Positions 37,593-50,449 of a DNA stretch of 64,000 nucleotides are shown in pieces (the stretch's first letter is position 1; every line of letters begins with the position of its first letter). The DNA is from Antechinus flavipes (lineage: Eukaryota). The translations under genes were made by a program, and so were the position numbers. The stretch covers positions 29,202,001-29,266,000 of the forward strand of contig NC_067400.1 of NCBI RefSeq assembly GCF_016432865.1, given 5' to 3'. The notes beneath the pieces are model-generated. The model was not told where the DNA came from. It worked only from the letters and a program-made list of their open reading frames with translations, and ran no database searches.

Positions 37593-39589
37593 TACAAAGC
37601 CATTTCTTACAAAAAAATAAAAACAAAACAAAACTAAAACTAAAATTAATCGACAAAATGAAGAAGACAGAAACAACTTGTTCCTTGACTTTTTTCCATG
37701 TATATGGAGGAAGAATCCTGGATTTCTGAATTCTAGGCTTTCAAAATGACTCCAGACTCAAGAACAGCCAGAGTTGAATAAGAAGTTTTCCTTGGTGGAC
37801 AAGTAAATCCCTATGCACCCAATGTCTCTTGAACAGAGTTGAAAAAGGCCAATAATGGAAGTTTACATCTGTGCATTGTGATCAGTTGATCAAAGAGAAA
37901 GAAAGGAATGCAAATGTTCCTACAAAGAATGAAATTCAAATGCAATGGGTCTCCTGATATATTTCTTTTCTACTTTCCAACATATCACACATTGACACCC
38001 TATTGTCCTCATGTTTTAATTGGGGTCTAGGCCACCAACTGCTACCATCTGTTTCTCTTTTGTAATAGATCTTTAGGCATATAGTGAATATCAATATCTT
38101 CACTAACACATGTTCTATAATCTGTAACGCATGGAAAAGACCTGGTAAGTGTCCCCTTGGTCTCGGCCCAAACCATTCAATGCCCAATTCATGAATTCAA
38201 ACCCATCACCTGAATGGAGATGTCTGGCTAACAACTAGTGCCTTCAAAAGATGTCCATTTATACGTTCTGGTGAAAAGACCTAATTCTGGTGGGTAAGGA
38301 GTCCTCTCCCTTGGGATCAGTGGTCCTTATGTTTAAGACTGAAGGATTGGGCTCACTGGCACTAGAAGTGGCTCTGACCTTCAAGAGAGTAGTGGGATCA
38401 AGTTTCCCTTGTTGACATAGGATAGAGTGGCTTCACTGAATAACTTAGCTCATATTCAGAGGAGTAACTGAGCAAGAATATTGAAAAGTGTCTCAAAGTG
38501 AAGGATAGGTGTAGACTTCTCCAAAAGAAACTCACCCCCCTCCAAAGGAAAGGGGATGATATTATTTCACTTTCAGAAAAATGGTTGAGAAATAGGAGAC
38601 TTGGATCTGTGGTTTCATTTTGTGCAGATAATGACTCACCCACATACCCTCATCCTTTATCTATCTTGCTAACACCTTTTGGTAAGTCAGACAAAATATA
38701 CAAAGTAAAAAAATTATCAGAAATAGTAGAATCTTATACATATTAAACATAGAGAATGAAAAGTCCTATGCATATTTGTGGGACTATATCAAAAATGGAA
38801 AAGAATTTGGAAAAATTTACCAGTATGTTGAAGTTCAAAATATTTTATTGTTTTTTGGGGGGTGGGAGATGGGAAAGGGAAGCAACACATTGCTCTCTTC
38901 AAGATCACCAATACCTTGAATGGCACCAAGTCTTCTGGCTATCTAAACCTAAGATTTCATGGACATCAGAAACTCCCAGTGTGGAAACTCCTTCCCCTAT
39001 ATCAGCTATTTGGAGACTTAGAGAATTCTAAGTCTGGGTCACTGAGAGATTAAATATCTGGGTCACACAAGGAGCTTATGTCAGATGGAACTGGAATGAA
39101 GGTTTTCCTGACTCCAAAGCTGACTTTATCTTCCCCTGACATCGTAAATTGTTTTGAGTATAATTTTCATTTGGTTTTATTGTATACTATTGCTTATGTG
39201 TTATATATGTATATAATGTAACATATATTATATGCATATATAACTATATATTGTATGCTAATATAATATATACACAAATATATTTGTATATGTTCATGAA
39301 CACACATATGCATACATATATGGACATGAATGGGAAAAGTGAGTTTCTCAAGAAAACCCATTTTGATCTCCAAGCAGACTTTTGTCATTTTTCTAATATA
39401 CTGTTCATGATCCCACAAAACGAAAGCAGCTCAGAAGTCATTTGATCCTGTGCACTATTAGCATGAAGACCATGGACGATATCCTTGAGAGAACATTTCA
39501 AAGAACGGGAAGTTTTCCACTGACCATCACCAGAGCAGAGCAGCATAATCCCAACAGAGTCAGCTCAAATCAAATTACATTTACCCAAT

Positions 39590-40150
39590 ATCTACTGCAT
39601 ACGTGGCACAGATCAGTGAGCTAGGAATACAAGGATAAAAAGGAAAGTGCTGTCCTAAGGAGACTGTATCCGATATCTATAGGATAAGTAAATCCAAAGT
39701 TATCTGAGGATGGGGAGAAAATGAACAATTAAGATGATCTAGGAATACTTCCTATAGAAAGTGAAACCTGAACTAAACTTTGGGGAAAGCTTAGAATTTT
39801 TAGAAGCAGAGGTGAAAAGAGGGCCCATTTCAAGCGGCCCATAGGGTAAGCCTAAAGAAAGGCAAGAGGGTGGGAGAGGGTTTATAGAATAGCAGAAAAG
39901 TTAGCAGGCCAGGTTAGCTGAATGATTTAAGAAGAATAGTATGGAATGTCTGGAAGGTAGATGGGAGCCCAAATGTTGCCAAATAGAGAACTAATGCTCT
40001 AAGATAGAGCAGACATTTAAAGCATTTATGAACAAGTTTTGATGCAGTTTTGAGAGCTAAAATCAGAGAGATGGGGGAATTATAACTCTGTATTTCAAAA
40101 TAAATTGTTGTGAGCCTAATGGCTCCTCTGAGAAGCCACAATCATGCACT
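39590..40150 (-). mobile_element. L2 fragment
   Basis: atctactgcatacgtggcac..aggaatacaaggataaaaaggaaagtgctgtcctaaggagact..gcaggccaggttagctg..ggaatgtctggaaggtagatggg. Confidence 0.65.
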
Positions 40151-40204
40151 AGGAGCCTGATCTCAAGACATAGACCAGGGCGTGAGGGACCCAATAAAAA
40201 GTAT

Positions 40205-40435
40205 GTTAGTAAAAATGAAGAGCAACCAATTCTCCAAAATAATGACATGACATACTTTTAAGTTTAATCTGAATTGTTAATATATTCTCAATCACTTCCT
40301 TAAATCTAGACCATCAACAGAACAACACATTAAGCCATGATTTATAGCATTTTTTTTTTCTTTCCAAAGTATAAATGTTCACACTGGAAACTGAACAATT
40401 AAGTCATAAGCTACTTCAAGCAGATCACTGGATTC
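40205..40435 (-). mobile_element. Second MER63-like marsupial hAT MITE
   Basis: cttttaagtttaatctgaattgttaatatattctcaatcacttccttaaatctagac.atcaacagaacaa..aagccatgatttatagc..gtataaatgttcacactggaaactgaacaat is the reverse of the 24.4-kb element. Confidence 0.7.
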
Positions 40436-41599
40436 AATGAAGCTAACCCAATGAACTTCCCCAGAGCCATTTCCTTTCTCATTTGCCAAGTAAGGAGGTT
40501 ACATGAGATGATGTCTAAAATAACATTCTATTTATAAATCCTATGAAGTATAAACTGGAAAACACCATATAAACCAATTTAACATATTTATTCAATATTT
40601 GCCAATGAAAAATAGAAGATGAATTTAGATACAGCCTACAAAACATTTTCATACATGCCTTAAGGTATAGCGCATAAATACTTTTATTCCCATCTTCCAG
40701 ATGAAGAAACTGAAACTAAGAAGTGTCTTTAACAGGTTTTTAACATGAGTTGATACTCTTTCAATATACCCATTGGTCTATCTGCTATGTAAAAGTCAGC
40801 CAGGATTGCTTCTCCTTTGACTAGAGGCTTAGAATAGGAATGTGGTCCTGAACATATTTTGCCCTGATAAGCGAGATGGTGAGATAATTAATTATTCAGC
40901 TGCTGAACTTACTTAATTCTAAAGGACATTTAGAAAATGGTCTATACAAAACAGAAACATATACATACAGGACATAATGAATGAAGCACCAAATCTGGAG
41001 TCAAGAGAAACCTTAGTTCAAATCGAATGTAAGTACTTATTAGCTGTTTGTCCCTGGACAAATCACTTAATGTCTGTCTGCCTCAGTTTCCTCTTCTATA
41101 TAAAACAGAAAAAAAAAAACAATAGCATCTTCCTCCAAGGATTGAAATAATATTTATCAAGTGCTCTGTGGATCTTAAAACACTATAAAAATACTAGCAC
41201 CTAAGCTCATTAAGACGAGGGATTGTTTCTTTTTTTGCATTTGTACCTTCAGTGTCTTACATATGCTTGGGATGTGATAGTCCTTCAAAGAATGCATGTC
41301 GATTGAGTCAATGTGGCATAATAAATAGAGAGCCAATTGCAAATTTAAGAAATGTGAGTTCAAAATCTGACTGCTCCATATTGGCTTCTTGACCCTAGTC
41401 AAGTCATTTTACCTCTAAGGAAATTCTCTAAAGCTGCAAATTTCAGAGAAGGTGTCAACCTGCATTGGTGAAAGGAGTTTGCTTACCTGGAAGTTTCCTA
41501 TACTAAGGAAATCACAGGTATCTATATGTTAACCTTTTGGTATCTTGACAAGAAGCCTTACTTCAACAAATTTACTTGGTATCTAATTGGAAAAAAATT

Positions 41600-41885
41600 C
41601 AGTATGGTATCTCGTTCAGTCACATCTGACTCTTCCTGACCTTGTAGACTACAGCACATGATAATGTCCATAGGGTACCACTTGGTACTGGAGTGATTTG
41701 CAATTTCCTTTTCCAGTGAACTAAGGCAAATAGAGGTTAAATGATAATTGTCTCAGGAACATATATATATATTCCTGAGACAATATATATATATATATAT
41801 GAGTGAATATCTGAGATAGGATTTGAACTCGGGTGATCCTGACTCAAGGTCCAGAGCTCTATCCACTGAGCCATCAAGCTAGCCT
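41600..41885 (-). mobile_element. MAR1-related SINE containing an AT palindrome
   Basis: tcgttcagtcacatctgactcttcctgacc..ggtactggagtgatttgcaatttccttttccagtg..taaggcaaatagaggttaa..ggatttgaactcgggtgatcctgactc..ctctatccactgagccatc. Confidence 0.75.
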
Positions 41886-42164
41886 ACGTGGTAGCTAGTA
41901 GGTATGAATAAAAAGATCAATACAATATAAAAAAAAAAAAGAATCAATACAGGATAGTTCCTGCCCTCAAGGATCTCACATTGGAATAGGGCAAATAAGG
42001 AACATACCCAATAGCCACACTTCAAATATATCTGATGCAAATTTGTAAGACTCCCATGTTATTGATATTGTACTATTATTATTCTTAACAATTGAGGAAA
42101 CTGAGGCATTCAGAGGTCACACATTTGCACTTAAGTGGGACAAATCTTTTAATTAAAATATTTT

Positions 42165-42400
42165 TGTCATTCAGTCACTTCATTAGAATCTGACTCATTT
42201 GGCGTTTTCTTGGCAAAGATATTGAAGTGGTTTGTCTTCCTTCTCCAACTCATTTTACAGATGAGGAAAATGAAGCAGACAGGGTTAAGTGACTTGCCCA
42301 TCCAGCTACTAAGCATCTGAAGCCAGATTTGAACTCCAAAAGTTGAGTCTTCCTGACTCCAGGTATGATGCTGTGTGCCCTATGGCATGCTACCAGCCCC
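42165..42400 (-). mobile_element. MAR1-type SINE
   Basis: tttgtcattcagtcacttc..tctgactcatttggcgttttcttggcaaagatattgaagtggtttg..cattttacagatgaggaaaatgaagcagacagggttaagtgacttgccc. Confidence 0.88.
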
Positions 42401-43944
42401 TCTACAATATGCCCATGAGTTAAATCTTCCCAGCTCTATTCTACACCTCCTATTAAGCAAAAGAAATTCTCTTTGGACACTGGTTGCCAGAGACTTACAT
42501 TTCCTCAAGGATAACATCAGATTTTGACAACCTACGTACTCAAGCAAAAGTGAAATCAATACCCTCTTCCTATTGTTGATAATTACCCAAAGAAACCCTG
42601 AGTAATAAATTCAGCCCTTAGTTTTAGGGAGTAGATAGTCAGTAGCCTTTGTCCCAATGTCTGCGATAGTCTCTCTTAGTTCTCTCTCTCGGATTCTCCA
42701 GCTTCCTTAATAGAAAGATGAAATATCTCTTATATAATTCCTCCAAATTATTTTTACACTAGTTACATTTTTGCTTTCTTGAAATGACTTTGTATATTTT
42801 TTTTACTTTACAAATAATTTATTATTATCTATTTTGTATTTATTATTTTCTTAACATGTCACCCTACACTAATGTAGAATATCAATTACTTCACAGCAAC
42901 AATTTTTTCATTTTTTTATTACTCCAGTGACTAACAATGCTTTCCACATAGAAGGCATTTTAATAAACATTTATCAAATTGAATGAATAAAAAAAAAACT
43001 TCATAAATTTGAGGCTACATTTGGTTCCTGAATCAAAGAAAATGTATGAGGACATTTCTCTTGGAAGAGTACTGACTAGGGCAGTTGGAAAAATTACACA
43101 CGCACATATACAGAACACACACACACACAATTTATGACTCAAGCTTCTTGGAAGAATTCAAAGGCAAGATAAATTAAAGAAAACAAGACTTAGCAGCCCA
43201 ATAGTTTAAAATGCCCTTGGACAATAATTTCCCATCTAAAAAGATCATAATAGAATAAAACCCTCCAATGAAATATATTTAATCAGCACTTTCCTTTCAA
43301 ATAGGAAGTCAGGCTGGTTTAACTGGCTCTCCTTCAGCCAGGTCCATTCTTGAACCATTTTTTCTGCCTCCATTTTCCTATTATTAGAACTATAATTCAA
43401 AATATCTGTATCCACCCAGATTAGAAGGATGCTGACAGAATTAGGAGTGAAGTCCCTGGAAAATGGACGTAAACCTCTTGGGAAACCACTAACAAGTATC
43501 ATGCATCCTCAGGTCATTTGAAAAAATATTAGACCACTTGCTGAGTATCTATCTCTAAAACAGTCATGTAAATCCAATATTTTTTTTTCTGCTGTCATGA
43601 GAATGTCTGATAGTTAACACATTCTTATGATTAAAAAAACAACAACAAAATGATTCTTTTGCTTTAAAATCAGAACATCATAGTTGGAAGGGACCTCAGA
43701 AGCATAAATAGCTGAAAAATTCTCTTGTTGAAATTGAAGCTAGTTTCCCCCTCAGATTTTTACCTAATCATCCTTTGATTAGATTCATTTATATGATCAC
43801 TTATAAAAGTTAGACACAGAAAATTTAGATCTGAGTAAATATAATATGAACAAAATGTTTGTTTTAAAATAAAAAAACACAAACATAAGCCACAATAGAT
43901 TTGACAAATGATGTTTCAGTCTTTGCTTAAAGACTTTTATAAGG

Positions 43945-44102
43945 GTACAGTGGATAGAGCACCAGCCTTGAAGTTAGGAGGACCCGAGTTCAAATTTGAT
44001 CTCACTTAACACTTCCTAGCTGTGTGATCCTGAGCAATTCACTTAATCCCAATTGCCTCAGCAAAAACAAACAAAAAAGACAAAAAAAAAAAAAAAAAAA
44101 AA
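43945..44102 (+). mobile_element. 5'-truncated WSINE1 with A-rich tail and target-site duplication
   Basis: cagtggatagagcaccagccttgaagttaggaggacccgagttcaaat..cacttaacacttcctagctgtgtg..ccaattgcctcagc plus A-tail. TSD acttttataagg (43933-43944) / acatttataagg (44103-44114). Confidence 0.93.
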
Positions 44103-44820
44103 ACATTTATAAGGAAGAACCCACTATAGGAAAACGCAATTCATCTCATCGAAAATTGTTCTAATTAGGAAGTTTTTATCTTCCTTTATCTTTACATCTA
44201 ATTTAAATTGTCTTCTTTTTAAATTGGTAAACACTTCTTCTAGTTCTATCTCTATGCCATATCTGCTTCATCCCCTTTAGTAGAATTTTCCAGGATGGTC
44301 AATTTTCATGGTTTTGGGAAAAAATATGATATCCTTGGGCTACTTGGGGACTAATATGACAAAGTGGAAAGTGCCGAGTTTGTAGTCAGAGAAAACTGAG
44401 TTAGGTTCCTACTGTTCCTAATTACCATCTTGGCCAAGTAAGTTTCTTCATCTACAAAATGAGGGGGAAATCAATGAGATGAAAGCTAGTTCCCTTCCCA
44501 TTTTAAAGGATCTATAGGATTCTATAAGATAATCATTTTGTAGGCTCCTAGGATATTATGCCCCCAAGTCTGAAGGGATTCTAGCATGTTGGTAAGTTGG
44601 GAGGCAGGTAAAGTCATTTATTTTCTGTTTGTAAAATGAATCTATTTTGCTCATTAAAAAATAAAAAAAAAACTTAAGTCCTTTATCAACTTATGCATAA
44701 TATTTGATTTGGAGTCAAAGAATCTGGTCTGAAATTCTACATATATGACACCTATGTAACTCTTTGTTATACCAAAGACATTTAGAGAGAGACATTCTCT
44801 CTCTCTAAACTTTCATATTT

Positions 44821-44953
44821 GTTTGTTTATTTTGAGAGGCAATTGGGGTTAAGTGATTTGCCCAGAGTCACATAGCCAGGAATTGTTAGGTGTTTGAGGT
44901 TGGATTTGAATCTGGGATTAGTGTTCCCCTACAGCACCACTTAGCTGGCCCCC
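44821..44953 (-). mobile_element. WSINE1-type SINE with target-site duplication
   Basis: gaggcaattggggttaagtgatttgcccagagtcacatagccaggaattgttaggtgtttgagg..cagcaccacttagctggcccc. TSD ctttcatattt at 44810-44820 and 44957-44967. Confidence 0.88.
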
Positions 44954-45648
44954 AAGCTTTCATATTTTTGCCTATAAAATAAAGGAAAATTATCTGCATG
45001 ACCTTCAGCAATTCATTTCAAGTGTCTGATCTTGGTTTCCTCCTTTATAAATGAAAAAGGCAGTTAGACTAAATGTCTAAAATTCTAAAACTAAACTAAA
45101 AAAACTAAAAAAGTCCTAAATCTATGATCTATCTTTCAGGTCCTTTCTACCTCTCAATCTCTGACCCTAAAAAACCCATACTGCTTTGGGGAATTTAATG
45201 AACACTATCAAGGATATTCTGAACTCAATTTAAAATCCCTTTTAAAAATCTACACAACTCAGCCATTTGAGCAGTCAACAATCCTTGTCTTACATCAGCT
45301 AACTTGGCTGATAAAAAGCAACTTCAGCAGTTGGAAGTGGCCACCATCATAAAAACACGTACAAGGATGTTACTTGTAAAAAGAAGAAGGGAAAGGGAAG
45401 CAGCCATGGTGGCTGATCTGACCCCTGCCTGGCCAAAGTCTTTCAGTCAGAAATATCTTGCCCTTACAAGACATGTGTACAATACACATTTAATAAAGAA
45501 TAAAGGCATAAATAGAAAAAAAGAATAAAAAGAATAAATCCTAGAGAAGAAAATCCCTCTTTCCTTCCCATTATTTCCTCAATATAAAAGTTTAAAGCTT
45601 ACTCTACAGTTAAATTTTTAAGAAAAACTGATTTCCATTATGCTCTGA

Positions 45649-45696
<48 letters not shown>

Positions 45697-45699
45697 ACA
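45649..45699 (+). repeat. (CA)n microsatellite
   Basis: Long (CA)n run seen directly. Confidence 0.97.
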
Positions 45700-45913
45700 A
45701 CAGTTTTATAAGGACAGGGTTTGCTTAGGAAAAATAATCCAATGTGAGCAGAATTTATTGGAGTGATTCCATTCTTAGAAAGGTCTTTTTTTCTTTCTGT
45801 CTTTAGAGCTGCCTTCCACAGGCAAGGGCAAAGAGAAAGCATTGTGAGACCATGAAAGCTGGGAAGGGAGAAAAAGGGCTTGCTTATTAATATTCCCATT
45901 CCAGCTGGCTTAC

Positions 45914-45965
45914 CCTCTTGCCCGCCTGCCAGCCATGGAACTGGTTGTATCTCCCCATCACAGTG
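45914..45965 (-). other. Candidate 52-nt exon containing an ATG in strong Kozak context
   Basis: Minus strand: gatgtcccattgttcccttag|CACTGTGATGGGGAGATACAACCAGTTCCATGGCTGGCAGGCGGGCAAGAGG|gtaagc. Confidence 0.3.
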
Positions 45966-46504
45966 CTAAGGGAACAATGGGACATCACAAGTCCAATGCG
46001 TCATAATCCCACTGTACGCCCGAACAAGGAAGCCAGGAGTCATATGGGAGGCCAGACACCCAGAGACTGTGACATCTGTAACTGGGCTAATTCCAATTAA
46101 AGGCAGAAAAATAAATATATATGCATTGTGCTCATGCGCACGCACACAATCATACACAAGCACATCTCTATGATGGCTAGAGTGGGGAAGGAATAAAGAA
46201 AGCAAAGGCTTCTCAAACAGATGTTATTCAGATTGATTTTCTTTAAATCACTCATGCATATTCAGAGACGCCGGTTCCCCACTGCTGTCTTCACCCCAGT
46301 CAAAGCCAAACCCTCATGATGCAGACAACAAGGCAGATTCATCCACAAATCCCAAGGTCAAGCAGTAGACTTGGTTTGCGGCTTCCTAGGACAAGAGTGT
46401 TACTGGGGTTGTTTTTTTGGTCATTTTTGGTTTTGCTTGTTAATTTCCTTTGGGTTTGTTTAATATCCAGAAATACCTCCTCAATTTACTGAACATTTCC
46501 TCAC

Positions 46505-46533
46505 CTCCTGAGGCGGCACAAAATGTAGGAAAC
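46505..46533 (-). other. Candidate 29-nt microexon
   Basis: Minus strand: gatgtttatgctccttttctgtag|GTTTCCTACATTTTGTGCCGCCTCAGGAG|gtgagg. Both sites are strong. 29+52 nt with the next candidate equals 81 nt, which preserves frame. Confidence 0.35.
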
Positions 46534-49500
46534 CTACAGAAAAGGAGCATAAACATCTCTCGCCCTGGTTATCGACACCACATGGATGAAAAGTCATTCT
46601 TGAGCGCCGATTGTCATCATTTACAGGGAAACTCGTGTTTGTACCAAGTTTCCCTCCTGTCACTTGGCTATTAAATTATTCAAAGTTCTCTGGGTGTGAG
46701 CACTAATAATATCATCCCAAGTCATTTGAGAAAAAGTACTTTCACCTACTGGTAGAGACAGATGGATGGCAGGAGAATCATCTATCAAGTTACAAGCAGA
46801 CAAATGGATTTCAGATTACCAGATTGGGGAGGGGGGGAGGGAGAGAAATGCACCGAGGGGTGTGTCTAGAGAAAGAACAATGAATTAGAGCTGGCGTCTG
46901 AAGGAACTGGGAAATTCACCAAAGTATCATTTTTTTCAGAGCCACAATTTTAGAAGAAAACACAATTTAAGTCTCCTAGCTGATTAGCAAGAGTTCCATC
47001 AAAGATTACAAAAATACAATAAAATCTCTTTATTAGGCCAGTGCCTGGGGACAAGCATGACACCTGCTTGGTGGGCTTTCAAAATGATGCTGGGAGATAC
47101 AGACATAGGAGATGTGATTCAATGTGTGATGATTAACAAAGCTAGTCTTGTGTTTCACTCTTCATTACCAGCTACTCAATAGAAAGAAGGATGAAATGAG
47201 AGGAGAGGGTCACAGAACTTGGGTTCAAATCCTCCTTTGGCTTGAGTGATGCTGTCCAAGTCACTGGACCTCAATTCTTCACGGATAAAGTGAGGGAGTT
47301 GGACAGACAACTACTAAGATCTTGTCCAGTCCTAAATATATGGCACCATTGAAAAGGGTCCTGAATGATAAGGCAGAATGGCAAAGTTCTCATTAAATTT
47401 CATATAAATAATTCAACCAAAATCTTATTCAGTATTTCAATATTAATAGCTTTTTGTATACCCTGTTAACATCCCTTGAAGTAGCAGTAACCACATTCCC
47501 TTCTTTAACACACCAATTCCTTCCTATTTTTAAATCAAATTTTATTTTATTTTTAAACCATGCTATATCTTCTCTCCCAAGATTACCCTTATTTACTCTA
47601 ATTTACTCCATTTCCCTTTTTTACTCCAATTCCTTTCTAAGAAGGATATCTCATATATATCTATATATAGATATACCTATATATGTACATATATATATAT
47701 ATATCACATATAAATAAGAAGTATATTTCAGCCTTTTCTAGGAAAAGAACAGAACTCAACCCAAGCTTGTGACTTAGGTCAGTGGAAGATCATACTACCT
47801 TATCAATGAACTGGAGAGGTGGGGGGAAATTCAACTGACCATAATGGACATTATCTATAACTACCCAGGCAATTTGGAACAAAAGAATCATTCAACCAAA
47901 ACAGAACTATTTGGAACCAGCCCAGTTAGTTTTTAGGAAAGGGGAAAGTAGCATTTAAATCACATAATTGCAAAGGACTACTCCATATTATTTAATTTGA
48001 GCCTCAAATGAGTAAACAAAGAACCAGGGAAGGATAATGAGGTGAAGTTACTTGTCTAATGTCATATAAGTATTAATATGCAATACATGTATAGTCCTTG
48101 TGAGGTATCACAAATAGGAAAGCATATTGTGTTTTTATATACATACACATGCATACATGCATGTACATATATATGGTATATATGTACATATGCACACAGA
48201 TGACTAGTCCTGAGATTAAATTGCTGGAGTAAATTCCCTTTACTAAGGCTCAACAGCATCTTCCCTGAAACTCAATAGACCAGGGTAGTTACCTGCAACA
48301 TTGAAAGATAAAACAGTTTACCCACAATCGCAAACCAACAACCGTTTCAGTTTGGGACTTGAATCCAGATCTTCAATATACTGAGGCTGGCTCTCTATTT
48401 ATTACACCAAGATGCCTCTCAAAAACATTCCCATTTATTAATATTAATGTAATAATAGTAACATCTGACATTTGTAGATTAAGTTGACCAAAATATTGCA
48501 TATACATTTTTCTTGTTTGGTGTCACAGCAACCCCATAGAGTAAGCGCAGTTATCGTCTCCATCTAGTAAGTCCTAGAGACAGCCCATCATTCTTTTCAC
48601 TAAGCTGGTGGTCAGACAACTATCACTGAATGGTAATAATTTTTGGTGAATTATAGCTTCATCCAGATATAAGACTCCATTTATGATAGCAAACTCCCCC
48701 GGAATACCTTATTCATAGATATATCTTACTCTGGCAATGGTTAAGGATAAAAAAGAACCTTCTAGCAGTGAGATCTGTGAGAAATTTTGGAACTCCCAGT
48801 ATTAGGGTTGAAAAAGCCCTCTGCCCCTTGAAGTCTTGGATTCATTAACTAGTTCTAGCACGGATATATTAAATTAGAACAGAGCTCTCTCCCTCCAACA
48901 GGCTTCGTTGGTGTACTATGTTCCTGTTGACTTCAAAAGGAACGAAGCAAACAGAAAAGATCTCCAGGGAGAAGACAGCAAGTGAAATCTGGGGCAGTAA
49001 GAGGACAAAAAGACTTCTCCTTGTGGAATGACAGCTCTGTTTGAACTACACAGAAGATGAGGTTAACGCTTGGTTGGTTTATATGTGGCCACTGTTGAAG
49101 CCTCTTTTCCCATTGCAGAATGTAGGGGGTCCAATTTTATTCTTCTAATTAATGCTAATTAGACAGGCTACCAAATTATCCATGCTAAAGGCACAAAAGA
49201 ATTGGGGAGTAAGGCAGATTTTGCAATTTGTGATAGATGTACAGAAACACTAAAATAAATTCTACTTTAGAATCGACAATCTGCTCTAGGGGATGGTGAC
49301 TTAGCCCTTAGCCCCATTGGAGTCAGCAGGACCAGGGTACCCACCAGTGAAATTACAAAGTACTCACTACACTTCTGTGACCTCTAGTTTTCTCATCTAT
49401 ATAATGGGAATAATAGTCCCTTTGGCACCTGTCTCATGGGACTACAGAGAACAGGTAGGCTCATATGCCTCAACCTTGCTTCTAGACTATCAGGTTCTAG

Positions 49501-49567
49501 AGGGGAGGGTCCTGAAATTTTTTCAGGGTCCACATTAGTGGCAAGACTTGAGTCCTAGAATGAGGAC

Positions 49568-49745
49568 TCACAGGGACAAGACAGAAAAGGAGGAAAGGAA
49601 GGAGAAAAAGGAAGAGGAAAAAGGAAGAAATAGGTAAAAATCAAAGGAAAGTGATAAGAAAGGGGAATGGGAAGAGAGGAAAGACAAGAAGAGATGAGAA
49701 GGGGGAAAATGAAGAGATAGAAAATAGAAATGGTAGTGGGAAAGG
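49568..49745 (+). repeat. Purine-rich (GA/AAG) low-complexity tract followed by a MIR
   Basis: agggacaagacagaaaaggaggaaaggaaggagaaaaaggaagagg.. seen directly. Confidence 0.85.
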
Positions 49746-50449
49746 GAAAAATTATAATAATATTTATATTCTGCTTTAAACTTTACAAAGTGTTTTACAA
49801 ATATCACCTCATTTGATCCCCAAAATCCTGGGAAGAAGAGGCTTTTGTTATCCTCATTTTATAGATAAGGGAACTGATGGGTTAATTGATTTGCCCAGGG
49901 TTTCTCAGATAGTCTCTAAAACTGGATTTGAACTAACATCTTCCTAACTCTATTCACTTAGCTGCTTCCCTCTTCACCCTGTGAGTCCCATCACTGGACT
50001 CACAGTGAAAGTACTCCTGAACCCAAGGATTCATCTTCTGACTGGCTAGCTCTTAGGATCTCCAATTTAAGGAGGAAATCTGGACCAAAAATGTCTTTCT
50101 TCTTCTCTAGACTGTATCACACAAAAACTACAAAACCTTCTCTATCATGCTGCCTCAAGGATTACCTCCCTCCCCCCTCTTTTTTCAGCTCCCTTTTATG
50201 TGGGGTCTTTCCCCAATATAAGAGAAGTATCTTGAGGTCAAGAACTGTTGGTCTTTTTAATTATTTGTATTCCTGAAGTTTAGTATAGTGCCTAGAACAT
50301 AAAGCACTTAATAAAAGTGTGTTTTCAGGGTAACATTAGGAAATAGTTTGTTATCAATGTGGGGATCATTTCTGAGCCAGACAAAGAACCATTTTGTTCC
50401 AAAGATCAATAAATGTAGGAAATAGTAAGAAAAAATAAAAATGAAAATA

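Larger units (their letters stand above)
45750..47150. promoter_or_regulatory. Unique CpG-retaining island, candidate conserved non-coding element or exon cluster
   Basis: About 1.4 kb with no recognisable repeat and multiple CpGs (gacgccgg, gagcgccga, ctcgccc, atcgac) against a CpG-poor background. Confidence 0.45.

Noticed and set aside
37936-39031. Several 80-90 aa ORFs suggesting a viral or ERV insert
   Set aside because: No gag/pol/env or non-retroviral motifs recognised and no LTR pair seen.
41478-41495. Strong minus-strand donor ccag|gtaagc
   Set aside because: It lies inside a SINE-derived segment (ggagtttgcttacctggaagtttccta..gaaatcacagg), so it is explained by the repeat.
42502-42534. 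33-nt minus-strand AG..GT segment (GTTGTC..GGAAAT|gtaagt), coordinates approximate
   Set aside because: Weak acceptor, and it has a stop in the frame used by the other candidates. It shows that pseudo-exons arise by chance here.
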